Source: Leucoraja erinacea
Lineage: Eukaryota
Assembly: GCF_028641065.1 (NCBI RefSeq)
Contig: NC_073411.1
Location: 14,136,001 to 14,200,000, forward strand
Reading direction: 5' to 3'
Length of the DNA: 64,000 bases
This document shows, one piece after another, positions 1 to 13,081 of the stretch; the stretch's first letter is position 1; every line of letters starts with the position of its first letter. A program made the translations under genes and the position numbers. The notes under the pieces are model-generated. The model did not search any database. It was not told the DNA's origin and worked only from the letters and a program-made list of their open reading frames with translations.

Positions 1-544
1 GGTCGCGTAGAACGTGGCCTTTGGCATCTTCAATGTTCTGCCATTCAAGTAGACCTGGTAAATGGAGACAAGAATGGAATCTTGAAGGATCCCGATCCAA
101 ACATAGTCTGTTCATTCCCTCCACAGATGCTGCCTGACCCGCTGAGTTCTTCCAGCAATTTTCTGCTCCAACTTCGCTGACAGCCGAGCTCTAAAAACAC
201 CCTCATGGTCTTCCACCGAGGGCAGTTTCCAGAGGATCAGTTGCATATTCCCAGTAACGCCAGATGTTCCTTAGCAACACATCACGGTCAGGTGTGATGA
301 AGCTTCTGCGTGCCAGCCCTGGTCCATGGCCTTCTCTTCAGATATTGTCCTCTGGTCAATCACATGAAACATGGCAGATGGTCAATGACCTCAGGAGGGG
401 AAAGCTGATGATCCACAAACTTGTCTCCATTCATGGGGCAGTGGTGGAGAACGTTATGTTGCAAGTTCCTGGTTGTGCATGTCTCTGAAGGTCTGTCCTG
501 GGTCCAGCACATCAATGCAATCACACACAAAACTTATGACCACC

Positions 545-830
545 TCTAAGCTTTCGTAACATCCACAAAGGCGATGAACAATGGGGTTTGCTGCTCTTGA
601 CATTTTCCTTGTATTTGACACGGGGAGAAGATCATGTCCATTGTGGATCTACCTCCATGGAAACCGCATTGTGCCTCAGGTCAGAGAGTGCCTAAGGTCA
701 GCAGTCTTTGCAGGATCACTCTGGCAAAGGCCTTTCCTGTAACACTCAGAAGTGAGATGTCCCTGTAGTTGGTGCAGTCACTGTGATCTTGTACAGTGTG
801 ATGATGTTGGTGTTACGCATGTGTTACGCA
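545..830 (-). mobile_element. RTE-clade LINE RT relic (further pieces at about 5920-6060 and 7200-7350)
   Basis: Degenerate IITLYK..DC.NYR.ISLLS, QCGF..GRSTMDMIFS, GCPP.LL and LKAKTKV motifs. Confidence 0.65.
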
Positions 831-1495
831 GAAACTGCTCAATCCATCACAGGTGATGATCTCTTCACCATCAAAGGGATCTACAAGAGATGCTACCTGC
901 AAAAGGCAGCTAATATCAAAGACCCACACAAACCTACCAGTGTGAAAAGCCAACAGAAGCAGGGAAACTGACCACCATGTTTAAGATCAACTTCTTCCCA
1001 GCAATTACAAGCCTCTCGAACACTGCACAACATGAACCACAACAATGAGATATTATGGACTGTGTCTTTCGCTGCCCGACAGATGTTTTTTACACTAGAA
1101 TTTAATTATTAATTTCCTGGATTTTTATTTTATTAGTTACCTGTGTGTCGTTGCACTACGCTCCCATTATTTTGTTCAGAAGCCCAAAAAACGTGACCTC
1201 CAGGTTCAGGAACAGCTTCTTCCCAGCAACCACCAGGCTCTTGAACACTACCCAACACAAACCACATCTATGAATGAACTGTGAAGAACTGTGGACTGAG
1301 GTTTTGGTTGCATTACAGACATGTTTACAGTAGTATCGTGAGTATAAATTTACTGAAATGTAATTTAATGCATTTTTGTGTTGTTGCAATTACAGGCTTA
1401 TTAATCTGCACAAGATCAGCCATGATCATATTGAATGGCAGTGCAGGCTCGCAGGGCCGAATGGCCTACTCCTGCACCTATTTTCTATGTTTCTA

Positions 1496-1810
1496 CCCCT
1501 TCCCCCCCCTCCCTCTCCGGCTCCACAAAGCTCACTGCCCCCTCCCCCTCGACCTCCCCGCCCACACCCCCTCCCACACCTCCCTCCCTTCCCCACACCC
1601 CCCCACCCACACCCCCCCCCACACCACACATCCCCCCCCCCCCCCCACACCCTCCCCCTCCCCCACACCCCCCCCTACACACACACACACACACCCCCTC
1701 CCCACACCCCCCCCCTCCCTCCCACATCCCCCCCCCCTCCCACATACCCCCCCCCACCCACCCCTCCCCACACACACACCCCCCCCCCCCCCCCCCACCT
1801 ACACCCCTAT
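1496..1810. repeat. C/CA-rich low-complexity tract
   Basis: Runs of C interspersed with ACAC. Confidence 0.85.
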
Positions 1811-2600
1811 ATGGCTTATTTTTAAACTGTGGCCCCTGGTTCTGGACTCTCCCAACATTGGGAACATGTTTCCCATCTCTAGAGTGTCCAAACTCTTAAT
1901 AATCTTATATGTTTCAATAAGATCCCCTCTCATCTTTCTAAATTCTAGCGTATATACAGCAGCTCCATTCTCTCAGCATGACAGTCCCGCCATCCCGGGA
2001 ATTAACCTTGTAAACCTACACTGCACTCCCTCAATAGCAAGAATGTCCTTCCTCAAATTTGGAGAACAAAACTGCACACAATACTCCAGGTGTGGTCTCA
2101 CTAGGGCCCTGTACAACTGCAGAAGGACCTCTTTGCTCCTAGACACTCCTTTTGTTATGAAGGCCAACATGCCATTCGCTTTCTTCGCTGCCTGCTGTAC
2201 CTGCATGCTTACTTTCATTGACTGATGCACAAGGACCCCCCAGATCCCGTTGTACTTCCTCTTTTCCCAACTTGACACCATTTAGATAATAATCTGCCTT
2301 CCTGTTTTTGCTACCAAAGTGGATAACCTCACATTTATCCACATTAAACTGCATCTGCCTTGCACCTGCCCACTCACCCAACCTGTCCAAGTCACCCTGT
2401 ATCCTCCTCACAGTTCACACTGCCACCCAGCTTTGTGTCATCTGCAAATTTGCTAATGTTACTTGTAATCCCTTCACCTAAATCATTAATGTATATTGTA
2501 AATAGTTGCGGTCCCAGCACCGAGCTTTGCGGTACCACACTAGTCACTGCCTGCCATTCTGAAAGGGACCCGTTAATCCCTACTCTTTGTTTCCTGTCTA
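1811..2600 (-). mobile_element. CR1 (HER1-like) LINE RT fragment
   Basis: LYRALVRPHLEYCVQF, QFNVDKCEVIHFG and IQGDLDRL motifs; frameshifted. Confidence 0.9.
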
Positions 2601-3042
2601 TTACAGATGTGATGGTCTGCTTCCAGATTCAATCACCATCCAACTTTTCACTGGGATGGAATCAGTGAGTGTAGACTGAACTGTCCTTGCTTCAAAATGG
2701 GTGGGTGGGTATTTAGACCCAGTGGCCGGAGCAGGTGGTTGGCACTGGTACATTGGCCACATTGCATGTACCCAGTTGAAAAGCCCGCTGCCTCTGGGGG
2801 TTTGGAGAGACCATTGGAAGAGAGATCTGCCTCTGGGACAACTTGTGGGTAACAGTTTAGTTCACATGAGGAGCAGGCAGAACATTAGGGGTTCGAGTCC
2901 AACCCCTGGGGGCCCCTGTGTCACGTTTAGTTCAGAGATACAGTGCCCTTTGGCCCATCGAGTCCGCACTGACCAGCGATCCCACGCACAATAATCCCGC
3001 ACACGTTTGGGACAATTTATACATGTACCAAGCCTATCAACC

Positions 3043-3118
3043 TAGAGTTAGCGTTAGGGTTAGGGTTAGTGTTAGGGTTAGTGTTAGGGTTAGGGCTAGG
3101 GTTATGGTGTTAGGGTTT
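3043..3118 (+). repeat. Degenerate interstitial telomeric repeat (TTAGGG)n
   Basis: About 12 hexamers of TTAGGG/TTAGTG/CTAGGG. Confidence 0.85.
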
Positions 3119-3227
3119 GTATAAATTGTCCCCTAGCGTGTGTGAAATAGTGTGCGGATATTCGCTGGTCCACAAATGGGGGGCATCGGGGAAAGTGTGT
3201 GGGGGTTTGGAGAATGGGAGAAGGGGA

Positions 3228-5125
3228 TAGAAACATAGAAATTAGGTGCAGGAGTAGGCCATTCGGCCCTTCGAGCCTGCACCGCCATTCCATATGATCA
3301 TGGCTGATCATCCAACTCCGTATCCTGTACCTGCCTTCTCTCCATACCCTCTGATCCCTTTAGCCACAAGGGCCACATCTAACTCCCTCTTAAATATAGC
3401 CAATGAACTGTGTGGCCTCAACTACCTTCTGTGGCAGAGAGTTCCAGAGATTCACCACTCTCTGTGTGAAAAAAGTTTTTCTCATCTCGGTTTTAAAGGA
3501 TTTCCCCCTTATCCTTAAGCTGTGACCCCTTGTCCTGGACGTCCCCAACATCGGGAACAATCTTCCTGCATCTAGCCTGTCCAACCCCTTAAGAATTTTG
3601 TAAGGGATGTGAGGGGCGGGGGGGGCGAAGAATGGAACTGACTCCAGCATCTTCCCCACCACCGATGTCAGGCTAACTGGTCTATAATACTGTTTTCTTT
3701 CTCCTGTCTTTCTTAAAAAGTGTGATAACATTAGCTACCCTCCAATCCACAGGAACTGATCATGAATCTATAGAACATTGGAAAATTATCACCAATGCAT
3801 CCACAATTTCTAGAGCCACTTCCTTAAGTAACCTGGGATGCAGACCATCAGGCCCTGGGGATTTATCAAACTTTAGTCCCATCAGTCTATCCAACACCAT
3901 TTCCTGCCTAATGTGGATTTCCTTCAGTTCCTCAGTCACCCTAGATCCTCTGGCCACTGGTACATCAGGAAGATTGTTTGTGTCTTCCTTAGTGAAGACG
4001 GATCCAAAGTACCTGTTCAACTCATCTGCCATTTCCTTGTTTGGTCTTAACTATTTTTTGACTTTAGTCTTAACTAATTTTTTCCATCTTCACATACCTA
4101 AAGTAGCTTTTATTATCCTCCTTTATATTCTTGGCTAGCTTACCTTTGTACCTCATCTTTTCTCCCCGTATTGCCTTTTTAGTTATCTTCTGTTGCTCTT
4201 TAAACATTACCCAATCCTCTGGCTTCCTGCTCATCTTTGCTATGTTGTACTTCTATTTTATTTTTATACTGTCCCTGACTTCCCTACTGTCCCAGCCACG
4301 GTCGCCCCTTACTCCCTTTGGAATCTTTCTTCCTATTTGGAATGAACTGCACCTGCACCTTCTGTATTATTCCCAGAAATACCTGCCATTGTTGTTCAAC
4401 TGTCATCCCTGCTAGGGTATCTTTCCAGTCAACTTTATCCAGCTCCTCCCTCATGGCTCCATAGTCCCCTTTGTTCAACTCTAACACTGACACTTCCGAT
4501 CTACCCTTCTCCCTCTCAAATTGTAGATTAAAACTCATCATATTATGGTCACTATCTCCTAATGGTTCCTTTACCTCGAGTTCCCTTTAACAAATCCGGT
4601 TCATTGCGCAACACTAAATCCAGAAGTGCCTTCTCCCTGGTAGGCTCCAGTACAAGCTGCTCTAAGAATCCCACGGAGGAACTCCACAAACTCCCTTTCT
4701 TGGGGTCCAGTACCAACCTGATTTTCCCAATCTACCTGCATGTTGAAATCTCCCATAACAACTGTAGTATTATCTTTACGACATGTCAATTTTAACTCTT
4801 GTTTCAACTTGCACCCTATATCCAGGCTACTATTTGGGGGCCTGTAGATGTCCTATTAGGGATTTTTTACCGTTCCTCAGTTCTATCCATACTGACTCTA
4901 CATTTCCTGATTCTATGTCACCCCAAGCAAGGGACTGAATATCATTCCTCACCAACAGAGCTACCCCACCCCCTCTACCCACCTGCCTGTCTTTTTGGTC
5001 GGATGTATATCCTTGAATATTCAGTTCCCAGCCCCGGTCCTCTTGCAGCCATGTCTCTGTAGTTCCCACAACATCATACTTGCCAATGTCTAACTGAGCC
5101 TCAAGCTCGTCCACTTTATTTCTTT
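3228..5125 (-). mobile_element. CR1 LINE fragments (3' end plus APE/linker/RT start)
   Basis: YRPVSLTSVVGK, KSPGPDGLHPR, MGDFN and GTTETWL motifs; 3' tail ending in TTTCTATGTTTCTA. Confidence 0.9.
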
Positions 5126-5128
5126 ATT

Positions 5129-5700
5129 TCCCCCCCCCCCCGTCCCTAGACCCCTCTGCCACCCTCCACCACACCCCCCCCTCTCCCACACATACCCCTT
5201 CCCCACACCCCATCAACACACCCCCCCCTCCTCTCCTCCCTCCCACACAACACACCCCCCCCGCGCCCCTCCCCACACATACCGCTCCCCCACACCCCAT
5301 CAACACACCCCCTCCTCTCCCTCCCCCCACACCAACACACCCCCCCTCTCCCACACATACCCCTTCCCCACACCCCACCCCCTCCTCTCCATCCCACACA
5401 CCCCCCCGTTCCCCCTCCCCCACACCAACACACACCCCCCCTCTCCCACATACCCCTCCCCCACACCCCCCCCTCTCCCTCCCACACCACACACCCCCCC
5501 CTCCCTCCCCCACCCCCCCTCTCCATCTCCCACACACCCCTCCACCAATACTCCGCCTCCCTCCCACACACAACCCCCCTCCCTCCCCACGCATACCACT
5601 CCCCCACCCTCCCTCCCCCGCACCCCCTCTTCCACCCTCCCCACCCACCCTCTCCGGCTCCACAACGCTCGCTGCCCTCCCCCCCCCCCTCCCCGCATCC
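5129..5700. repeat. C/CA-rich low-complexity tract with internal repeats
   Basis: Repeated CCCACACATACCCC / CCCCACACC blocks. Confidence 0.85.
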
Positions 5701-6064
5701 CGGCAACTCAACAACCCTGCACTTGGGAAATGTCACCAAACCTGGCCTCTGTGTCCACTATCTCAATCTACTACTGTTATACACTTGTACCGTATCTGAG
5801 ATGCTTATTTAAGATTTGTCATAGTGATTATGTATGGTGATACATGTATTAAACTGTATACAGAAAACATTTTCACTTTAGCTCAGTATGACTAATAAAG
5901 AACCATTGGACATTTCTTACCTTGGTCTTGGCTTTCAGCGTTGCTAGAATGAAGAGGCTCCTGTCGCTTCTAGTGTGAAGATTCGCTCCTGTGTCAGTCG
6001 ACAAGACAGAGGACAGATAGGAAGATGCCAAACAGCATGGGAGCTGGGACACAACCTTGCTTCA

Positions 6065-7190
6065 ATAGACAACAGGTGCAGGAGTAGGCCATTCGGCCCA
6101 TCGAGCTAGCACCGCCATTCAATGTGATTATGGCTGATCATCCACAATCAGTACCCCATTCCTGCCTTCTCCCCATATCCACTTGACTCCACTAAGAGTT
6201 CTATCTAGCTCTCTCTTGAAAGCATCCAGAGAACCGGCCTCCACCACCCTCTGATGGAAAGAATTCCAGACTCACAACTCTCTGTGTGGAAAAAGTGTTT
6301 CCCCATCTCTGTTCTAAATGGCTTACCCCTTATTCTTAAACTGTGGCCCCTGTTTCTGGACTCCCCCAACATCGGGAACATGTTTCCTGCCTCTAGAGTG
6401 TACAAACTCTTAATAATCTTACACGTTTCAATAAGATCCCATCTCATTTTTCTAAATTCTGCAGTATACAAGCCCAGCTGCTCCATTCTCTCAGCAGATG
6501 ACAGTCCCGCCTTCTCGGGAATTAACCTTGTGAACCTTGGCTGAACACCCTCAATAGCAAGAATGTCCTTCCTCAAAGTCCAGGGGTCCAGTACCAACCT
6601 GATTTTCCCAATCTACCTGCATGTTGAAATCTCCCATAACAACCGTAGCATTACCTTTACGACATGTCAATTTTAACTCTTGATTCAACTTGCACCCTAT
6701 ATCCAGGCTACTATTTGGGGGCCTGTAGATGTCCTATTAGGGATTTTTACCCTTACAGTTCCTCAGTTCTATCCATACTGACTCTACATTTCCTGATTCT
6801 ATGTCACCCCAAGCAAGGGACTGAATTTCATTTCTCACCAACAGAGCTACCCCAGCCCCTCTACCCACCTGCCTGTCTTTTTGATCGGACGTATACCCTT
6901 GAATATTCTGTTCCCAGCCCTAATCCTCTTGCAGCCATGTCTCTGTAGTTCCCACAACATCATACTTGCCAATGTCTAACTGAGCCTCAAGCTCGTCCAC
7001 TTTATTTCTTATATTTTGCGCATTAATATAGAACACTTTAACTTCTGTATTCACCTCCATTCTCACAAAGGTGACCATTGGCCCTAACCTTACTCTCTTA
7101 TCCCATCTCGAACTTTCCTTCCCATTAATTCGGGAGTCTTTTGTAACTATTCCTGTACTTGCTTTCCCTTTAACTCTTTCTTTATACTCC
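6065..7190 (-). mobile_element. CR1 LINE fragments (3' end and APE start)
   Basis: KDILAIEGVQ..FTRLIP, NKVDELEAQ and TETWL motifs. Confidence 0.88.
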
Positions 7191-8747
7191 CAATTCACTC
7201 CACTACTCATGGGGAAACTGTCCGAAGTAGCGCCATCAAGATGCATGTTCTTGTGGAAGGACTGAGTGAGGTTTAGAAGATGTGGTGGACATCCACTCGT
7301 CTCCAATACCTGCTAGAGCCACATCTGCGGACAGAATCGATAGCTTTTGCTAAAAGGCCAATCTTTCTCCAAGTTTGAAGCAAACTTCCACGTTGGAGCA
7401 GCTGTTGAGGAACAACTTCCTGTGGCTCCGTAGGAACTCAGCGGGCCAGGCAACATATGTGGAGGGAATGGACAGATGATGTTTTAGAAACATAGAGAAT
7501 AGGTGCAGGAGTAGAGGCCATTTGGCCCTTCGAGCCTGCACCGCGGTTCAAAATGATCATGGCTGATCATCCAACTCAGTATCCTGTACCTGCCTTCTCT
7601 CCATACCCCCTGATCACTTTAGTCACATCTAACTCCCTCTTAAATATAGCCAATGAACTGTAGCCTCAACTACCTTCTGTGGCAGAGAATTCCACAGATT
7701 CACCACTCTCAGTGTGAAAAATGTTTTTCACATCTCGGTCCTAAAAGACTTAAACTGTGACCACTTGTTCTGGAACCCTAGGATCACGGCCCTTCAGGAC
7801 TCCATTCTAGTCCCCATTCACCAGGTCAGTTAATGACAGCAGATAGCAGAGGTTGATGTTCACCATGGACTGGAATAACACATGGTTGAAGATCCCAAAG
7901 GCCAATCTTGCTCCACGTTCTGCGTGATCGTTCACATCTGGCGCTGGAGATGCTGTTGAGGTACAAGTTGGTTGGATTTCTTGTGGCCCCAGTTCTCTCT
8001 CCAGATGGTGTGAAAGGGGAAAGCATGAAACATCTGCCGACTCATGTGGTCGCCAGCTGTTTATGAGGAAGTTTCCCTCCAAAGACTTGCAGGAAAATGC
8101 CACTGGGACAGATGATGAGTCAGAACTAGACGAGTTTGACAAATTTCTTAAACGCCATGGATTCCAGTGTGGTCCCCATTGATGTGGCTTCAAATCTGAT
8201 GGTTATACACGAACGGCACTCAAGTTCCTGACATTCATTTTATCTGTTTTAGTTTAGTTTACTTAAGTTTAGATTAGTTAAGTTTGCTTTAGTTTAGTTT
8301 GATTTATATTGTCATGTGTACTGAGGTACAGTGAAAGGCGTTTGTTGTGTGCTATCCAATCCCTCTTGGGGTTGCACAGGAGAATCCACGGTGTTTAAGA
8401 AATTTGTCAAACTCATTCAGCTGACCTGATCATCTATTCCAGTGGTAGTTTCCTCCAAGTTTTTGGGGTGAAAGTTCCTGGCAAACAGCTGGCGACCACA
8501 TCAGTGGGCAGATGTTTCATGGTTTCCCCTTCACACCATCTGGAGGAGATCCAGGTCGACAAGAAGTCCCACCAAGTTGTTCCTCAACAGCTTCTCCAGC
8601 GCCAGGTGTGGAAGGTCACAGAGAACTTGGAGCAAGATTGGGTTTTGGGAGCTTCAACGATGTGTCATTCCATCAATGGTGACCATCAACCTCTGCTACC
8701 TGCTGTCGTCGTTAACTGACCTGTTCAATGTAGACAAGAATGGTGTC

Positions 8748-9325
8748 TTAGAAACATAGAAAATAGGTGCAGGAGTAGGCCATTCGAGCCTACACCGCCA
8801 TTCAATATGATCATCCAACTCAGTATCCTGTACCTGCCTTCTCTCCATATCCCCTGATCCCTTTAGCCACAAGGGCCACATCTAACTCCCTCTTAAATAT
8901 AGCCAATGAACTGGCCTCAACTACCTTCTGTGGCAGTGAATTCCACAGATTCACCACTCTGTGTGAAAAATGTTTTACTCATCTTGGTCTGAAAAGATTT
9001 CCCCCTTATCCTTAAATTGTGACCCCTTGTTCTGGACTTCCCCAACAACGAGAACAATCTTCCTGCATCTAGCCTGTCCAACCCCTTAAGAATTTTGTAA
9101 GTTTCTATAAGATTCCCCCTCAATCTTCTAAATTCTAGCGAGTACAAACCGAGTCTATCCAGTCTTTCTTCATATGAAAGTCCTGACATCCCAGGAATCA
9201 GTCTGGTGAACCTTCTCTGTACTCCCTCTATGGCAAGAATGTCTTTCCTCAGATTAGGAGACCAAAACTGTACGCAATACTCCAGGTGTGGTCTCACCAA
9301 GACCCTGTACAACTGCAGTAGAACC
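8748..9325 (-). mobile_element. CR1 LINE 3' fragment
   Basis: ORF 8917-9312 with LVRPHLEYCVQFWSP...TRGHNLRI. Confidence 0.9.
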
Positions 9326-9989
9326 TCCCCCCCCCCCCCCCCCCCCCCCGTCTTGAAGGATCACGATCCAAAACGTCGGCTGTCCATTCCCTCCACAGAT
9401 GCTGCCTGACCCGCTGAGTTCCTACAGCTCTTTCTCTTCTTACCGAGGAGATTGAAGCTCACCGATCTCAGACAAGATCTCGGTGTGGAAGCACATCTCG
9501 GTCGCGGTCTCCCTCCCACGGCATAGTCTTCAAGGCTGCTCGTCCAGGGGCGCTGGATCTACTCGGAGCCAACTTGACCTGTAGATGTTTGTGCGGAGCT
9601 GGACTTGCGGGGACTTAGCGCCGGTGAGTGTAACCGCGAACACCATCAATGGAGCAAAATGACACAAGAAAGAGACTCCCCTCCCTCACCCCCCTTCATA
9701 CTCACCCCTCGACCCTCTGGACAGGGAGGGTGGGAAGGAAGGATTGACCCCTGAGGGGATATTTTATTAAATTGGGGGAGAGGGGCGATGTCTTTGGTCT
9801 TGACCCTTGGTCTTGTCCGGAACGCAGACCCGGTCCGTCCGGTGAAGCCTCGCTGACCAGTGGGATGACCATGGCGATGGGCTGTGTGTCTTGAAGGATC
9901 GCGCCGCTGTCCGCTCGTCGTGGGGTCACGCGTCGAGGTTCTTCTCCGGCCATCGTCCACGGACACTGTGGACGCTGCCTGGACAGCGC

Positions 9990-10230
9990 CGCCTTTTATA
10001 GACACCGCCATGTCCCGCCCCCCTCGATGACCATTGGACCTCGCTCCGGCCACGGCGTTGGCCCATGGGGCGGACAGTCCATCCGATTGGTGGAGACCGC
10101 TGTCCGTCAACGCTAAACTTCAGCGCCAAATTTCAGCGCGCGAAGGACAGCTCGTGCGAAGCGATTGTCCGTTCGCTCCGGCCACGAGCCCCGCGTGACC
10201 CTCCCCCCCCCCCCACACTGGCGCCAAGCC
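9990..10230 (-). promoter_or_regulatory. Candidate Pol II promoter (TATA, GC box, two CCAAT, E2F-like sites) in a CpG island
   Basis: Minus strand: TATAAAA 10000-9994, GGGCGG about 10020-10015, CCAAT 10037-10033 and 10090-10086, TTTGGCGC 10130-10123, TTCGCGCG 10144-10137. Confidence 0.6.
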
Positions 10231-10429
10231 GGACACTGAGGGAAATGAGGGACATTTGAGGAAGATTTTAATGGCCATTGGTCACTGACATCGGATGGAA
10301 GCTGCATACCAATTCTCGTTGCACTTATGTACAATGACAATAAAATATATTATTATTATTATTATGATTATTAGGGAATGAAGGACACTGAGAGTCAGTT
10401 GGTCACTAGGGACTTCCAGACTGGGGGGT

Positions 10430-11870
10430 CATTGAGGGAGCACCGGACACTGACCGATGTTGAGGGACTGAGGGACACTTGAATGATGAGGGACATTGAG
10501 CGGATGAGGGACGTTGAGGGGCATTGAGGGGATGAGGGGCATTGAGAGGATGAGAGGGACATTGAGGGGACATTGAGGGGATGAGGGGCATTGAGGGGGA
10601 TGAGGGGCATTGAGGGGATGAGGGGCATTGAGGGGATGAGGGGCATTGATTGAGGGGATGAGGGGCATTGAGGGATGAGGAACATTGAGGGGGCATTGAG
10701 GGGATGAGGGACATTGAGGGGGAGGGGGGACATTGAGGGGATGAGGGGCATTGAGGGGATGAGGGGCATGAGGGGGCGATTGAGAGGATGAGGGGCATTG
10801 AGGGGATGAGGGGCATTGAGAGGGGCATTGAGAGGGGCATTGAGAGGATGAGGGGCATTGAGGGATGAGGGGAACATTGAGGGGGCATTGAGGGGATGAG
10901 GGACATTGAGGGGATGAGGGGTCATTGAGGGGATGAGGGGACATTGAGGGGGGATGAGGGGACATTGAGGGGATGAGGGGCATTGAGGGGATGAGGGGAC
11001 ATTGAGGGGATGAGGGACATTGAGGGGATGAGGGGCATTGAGGGGATGAGGGGCATTGAGGGGATGAGGGGCATTGAGGGGATGAGGGGCATTGAGGGGG
11101 CATGAGGGGAGGGACATTGAGGGGATGAGGGACATTGAGGGGATGAGGGGACATTGAGGGGATGAGGGACATTGAGGGGATGAGGGACATTGAGGGGATG
11201 AGGGGCATTGAGGGGCATTGAGGGGCATTGAGGGGCATTGAGGGACATTGAGGGGACATTGAGGGCATTGAGGGATGAGGGGCATTGAGAGGATGAGGGG
11301 CATTGAGGGGATGAGGGGCATTGAGAGGATGAGGGGCATTGAGAGGATGAGGGGCATTGAGGGGATGAGGGGCATTGAGAGGATGAGGAACATTGAGGGG
11401 GCATTGAGGGGTTGAGGGACATTGAGGGGATGAGGGGTCATTGAGGGGATGAGGGACATTGAGGGGATGAGGGGACATTGAGGGGATGAGGGGCATTGAG
11501 TGGATGAGGGGACATTGAGGGGATGAGGGACATTGAGGGGATGAGGCACATTGAGGGGATGAGGGGACATTGAGGGGATGAGGCACATTGAGGGGATGAG
11601 GGGACATTGAGGGGATGAGGGGACATTGAGGAGATGAGGGACATTGAGGAGATGAGGGACATTGAGGGGATGAGGGACATTGAGGGGATGAGGGACATTG
11701 AGGGGATGAGGGACATTGAGGGGATGAGGCACATTGAGGGGATGAGGGGACATTGAGGGGACATGGAGGGGATGAGGGACATTGAGGAGATGAGGGACAT
11801 TGAGGGGATGAGGGGACATTGAGGGGATGAGGGACATTGAGGGGATGAGGGACATTGAGGGGATGAGGGA
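10430..11870. repeat. G-rich minisatellite, unit about 18-19 bp (GACATTGAGGGGATGAGG)
   Basis: Dozens of tandem copies with a degenerate 9-bp sub-periodicity; degenerate flanks out to about 10235 and 12010. Confidence 0.95.
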
Positions 11871-12319
11871 CTGCTGCTTATTGAGTGTCTGGTGGATGCT
11901 GAGGGAATGAGGACACTGAGGGAATGAGGCACGCTGAGGTGATGAGGGGCACCGAGGAACTGCGGGACAGACGATGCTGAGGGATTTAGGGACATTGAGG
12001 GGGTGAGGGGCCAACTCCCGAGGGTGACCCCTCGCACAAGGGAAGGTCCACACTCCCAGGGGGCAACATGAGTTCAGGGAAAAAAGGAGATGTTGGTACT
12101 ACTGCGTATAACACCAGCAATATTGGTTTATACCCAAAGAACCGCAGATGCCGGTTTACAAAACAAGATACAAAGTACTGGAGTAACACAACCGGTCAAT
12201 CTACAATAAAAGTGCAGAGTGAGAAGGAGTTATTGCTCCGTCTGGTGGTGTAGATGCGTGTACCTTTTCGCCTCACAGCAGCAGGGAGAAGAAGGAATGA
12301 CCAGTCTGTTTGTTAAATT

Positions 12320-13060
12320 TGTCATAAAGGCCAACATGCCATTCACTTTCTTCTCTGCCTGCTGTACCTGCACACTTACTTTCAGTGACTGATGAACTAG
12401 GACAGCCAGATCTTGTTGTACTTCCCCTTTTCCTAACTTGACAACATTTCGATAATAATCTGCCTTCCTATTCTTGCCACCAAAGTGGATAACCTCACAT
12501 TTATCCACATTAAACTGCATCAGTCCACTCACCCAACCTGTCCCAAGTCACCCTGCATCTTCATAGCATTGAGGGTGCAAAGTGACTTGGATATTCCAGT
12601 GAATACAAGCCCAGTTGATCCATTCTTTCATCATATGTCAGTCCCGCCATCCCGAAAATTAACCTGTTCAACCTACGCTGCACTCCCTCAATAGCAAGAA
12701 TGTCCTACCTCAAACTAGGAGACCAAAACTGCGCACAACACCGCATACAAGCAGCAAAATATCCTTCCTTTCATACAGGTGCTGTGTTTATCAACCAGGT
12801 TAGGTGTACAGGTTACAATACTGGAGGACATAGCTTTCAGGTGAGAGGGGGCAAAGTTTAAAAGAATGTGCGGGGCAACTTTTTTACACAGAGAGTGGTG
12901 GTGGTGGAGGCAGATACGATAGTGGTGTTTAAGAGGCTTTTAGACAGCCACATGGATATGCAGGGAATTGAGGGATATGGGTTGTGCTCAGATAGCTAAG
13001 AGTTGGTCTTGGCATCAAGTTCGACACAAATATTGTGGGCTGAATGGCCTGTTCTTGTGC
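12320..13060. mobile_element. CR1 LINE fragments in both orientations
   Basis: QFNVDKCEVIHFGG ORF (minus) and a plus-strand 3' end. Confidence 0.8.
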
Positions 13061-13081
13061 TGCCTAACCTGCTGAGTTACT

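Noticed and set aside
1281-2225. Pro/His-rich and Gly-rich ORFs here and at 5124-5739
   Set aside because: Artefacts of C-rich low-complexity tracts plus antisense CR1.
10430-11870. CRISPR-like array
   Set aside because: Eukaryotic DNA with tandem units and no unique spacers.
10395-12053. 552-aa and overlapping PHPLNV/LIPSMS/SSPQCP repeat ORFs
   Set aside because: Translations of a minisatellite that lacks stops on one strand in all frames; unit length is often not a multiple of 3, and there are no splice or domain signals.
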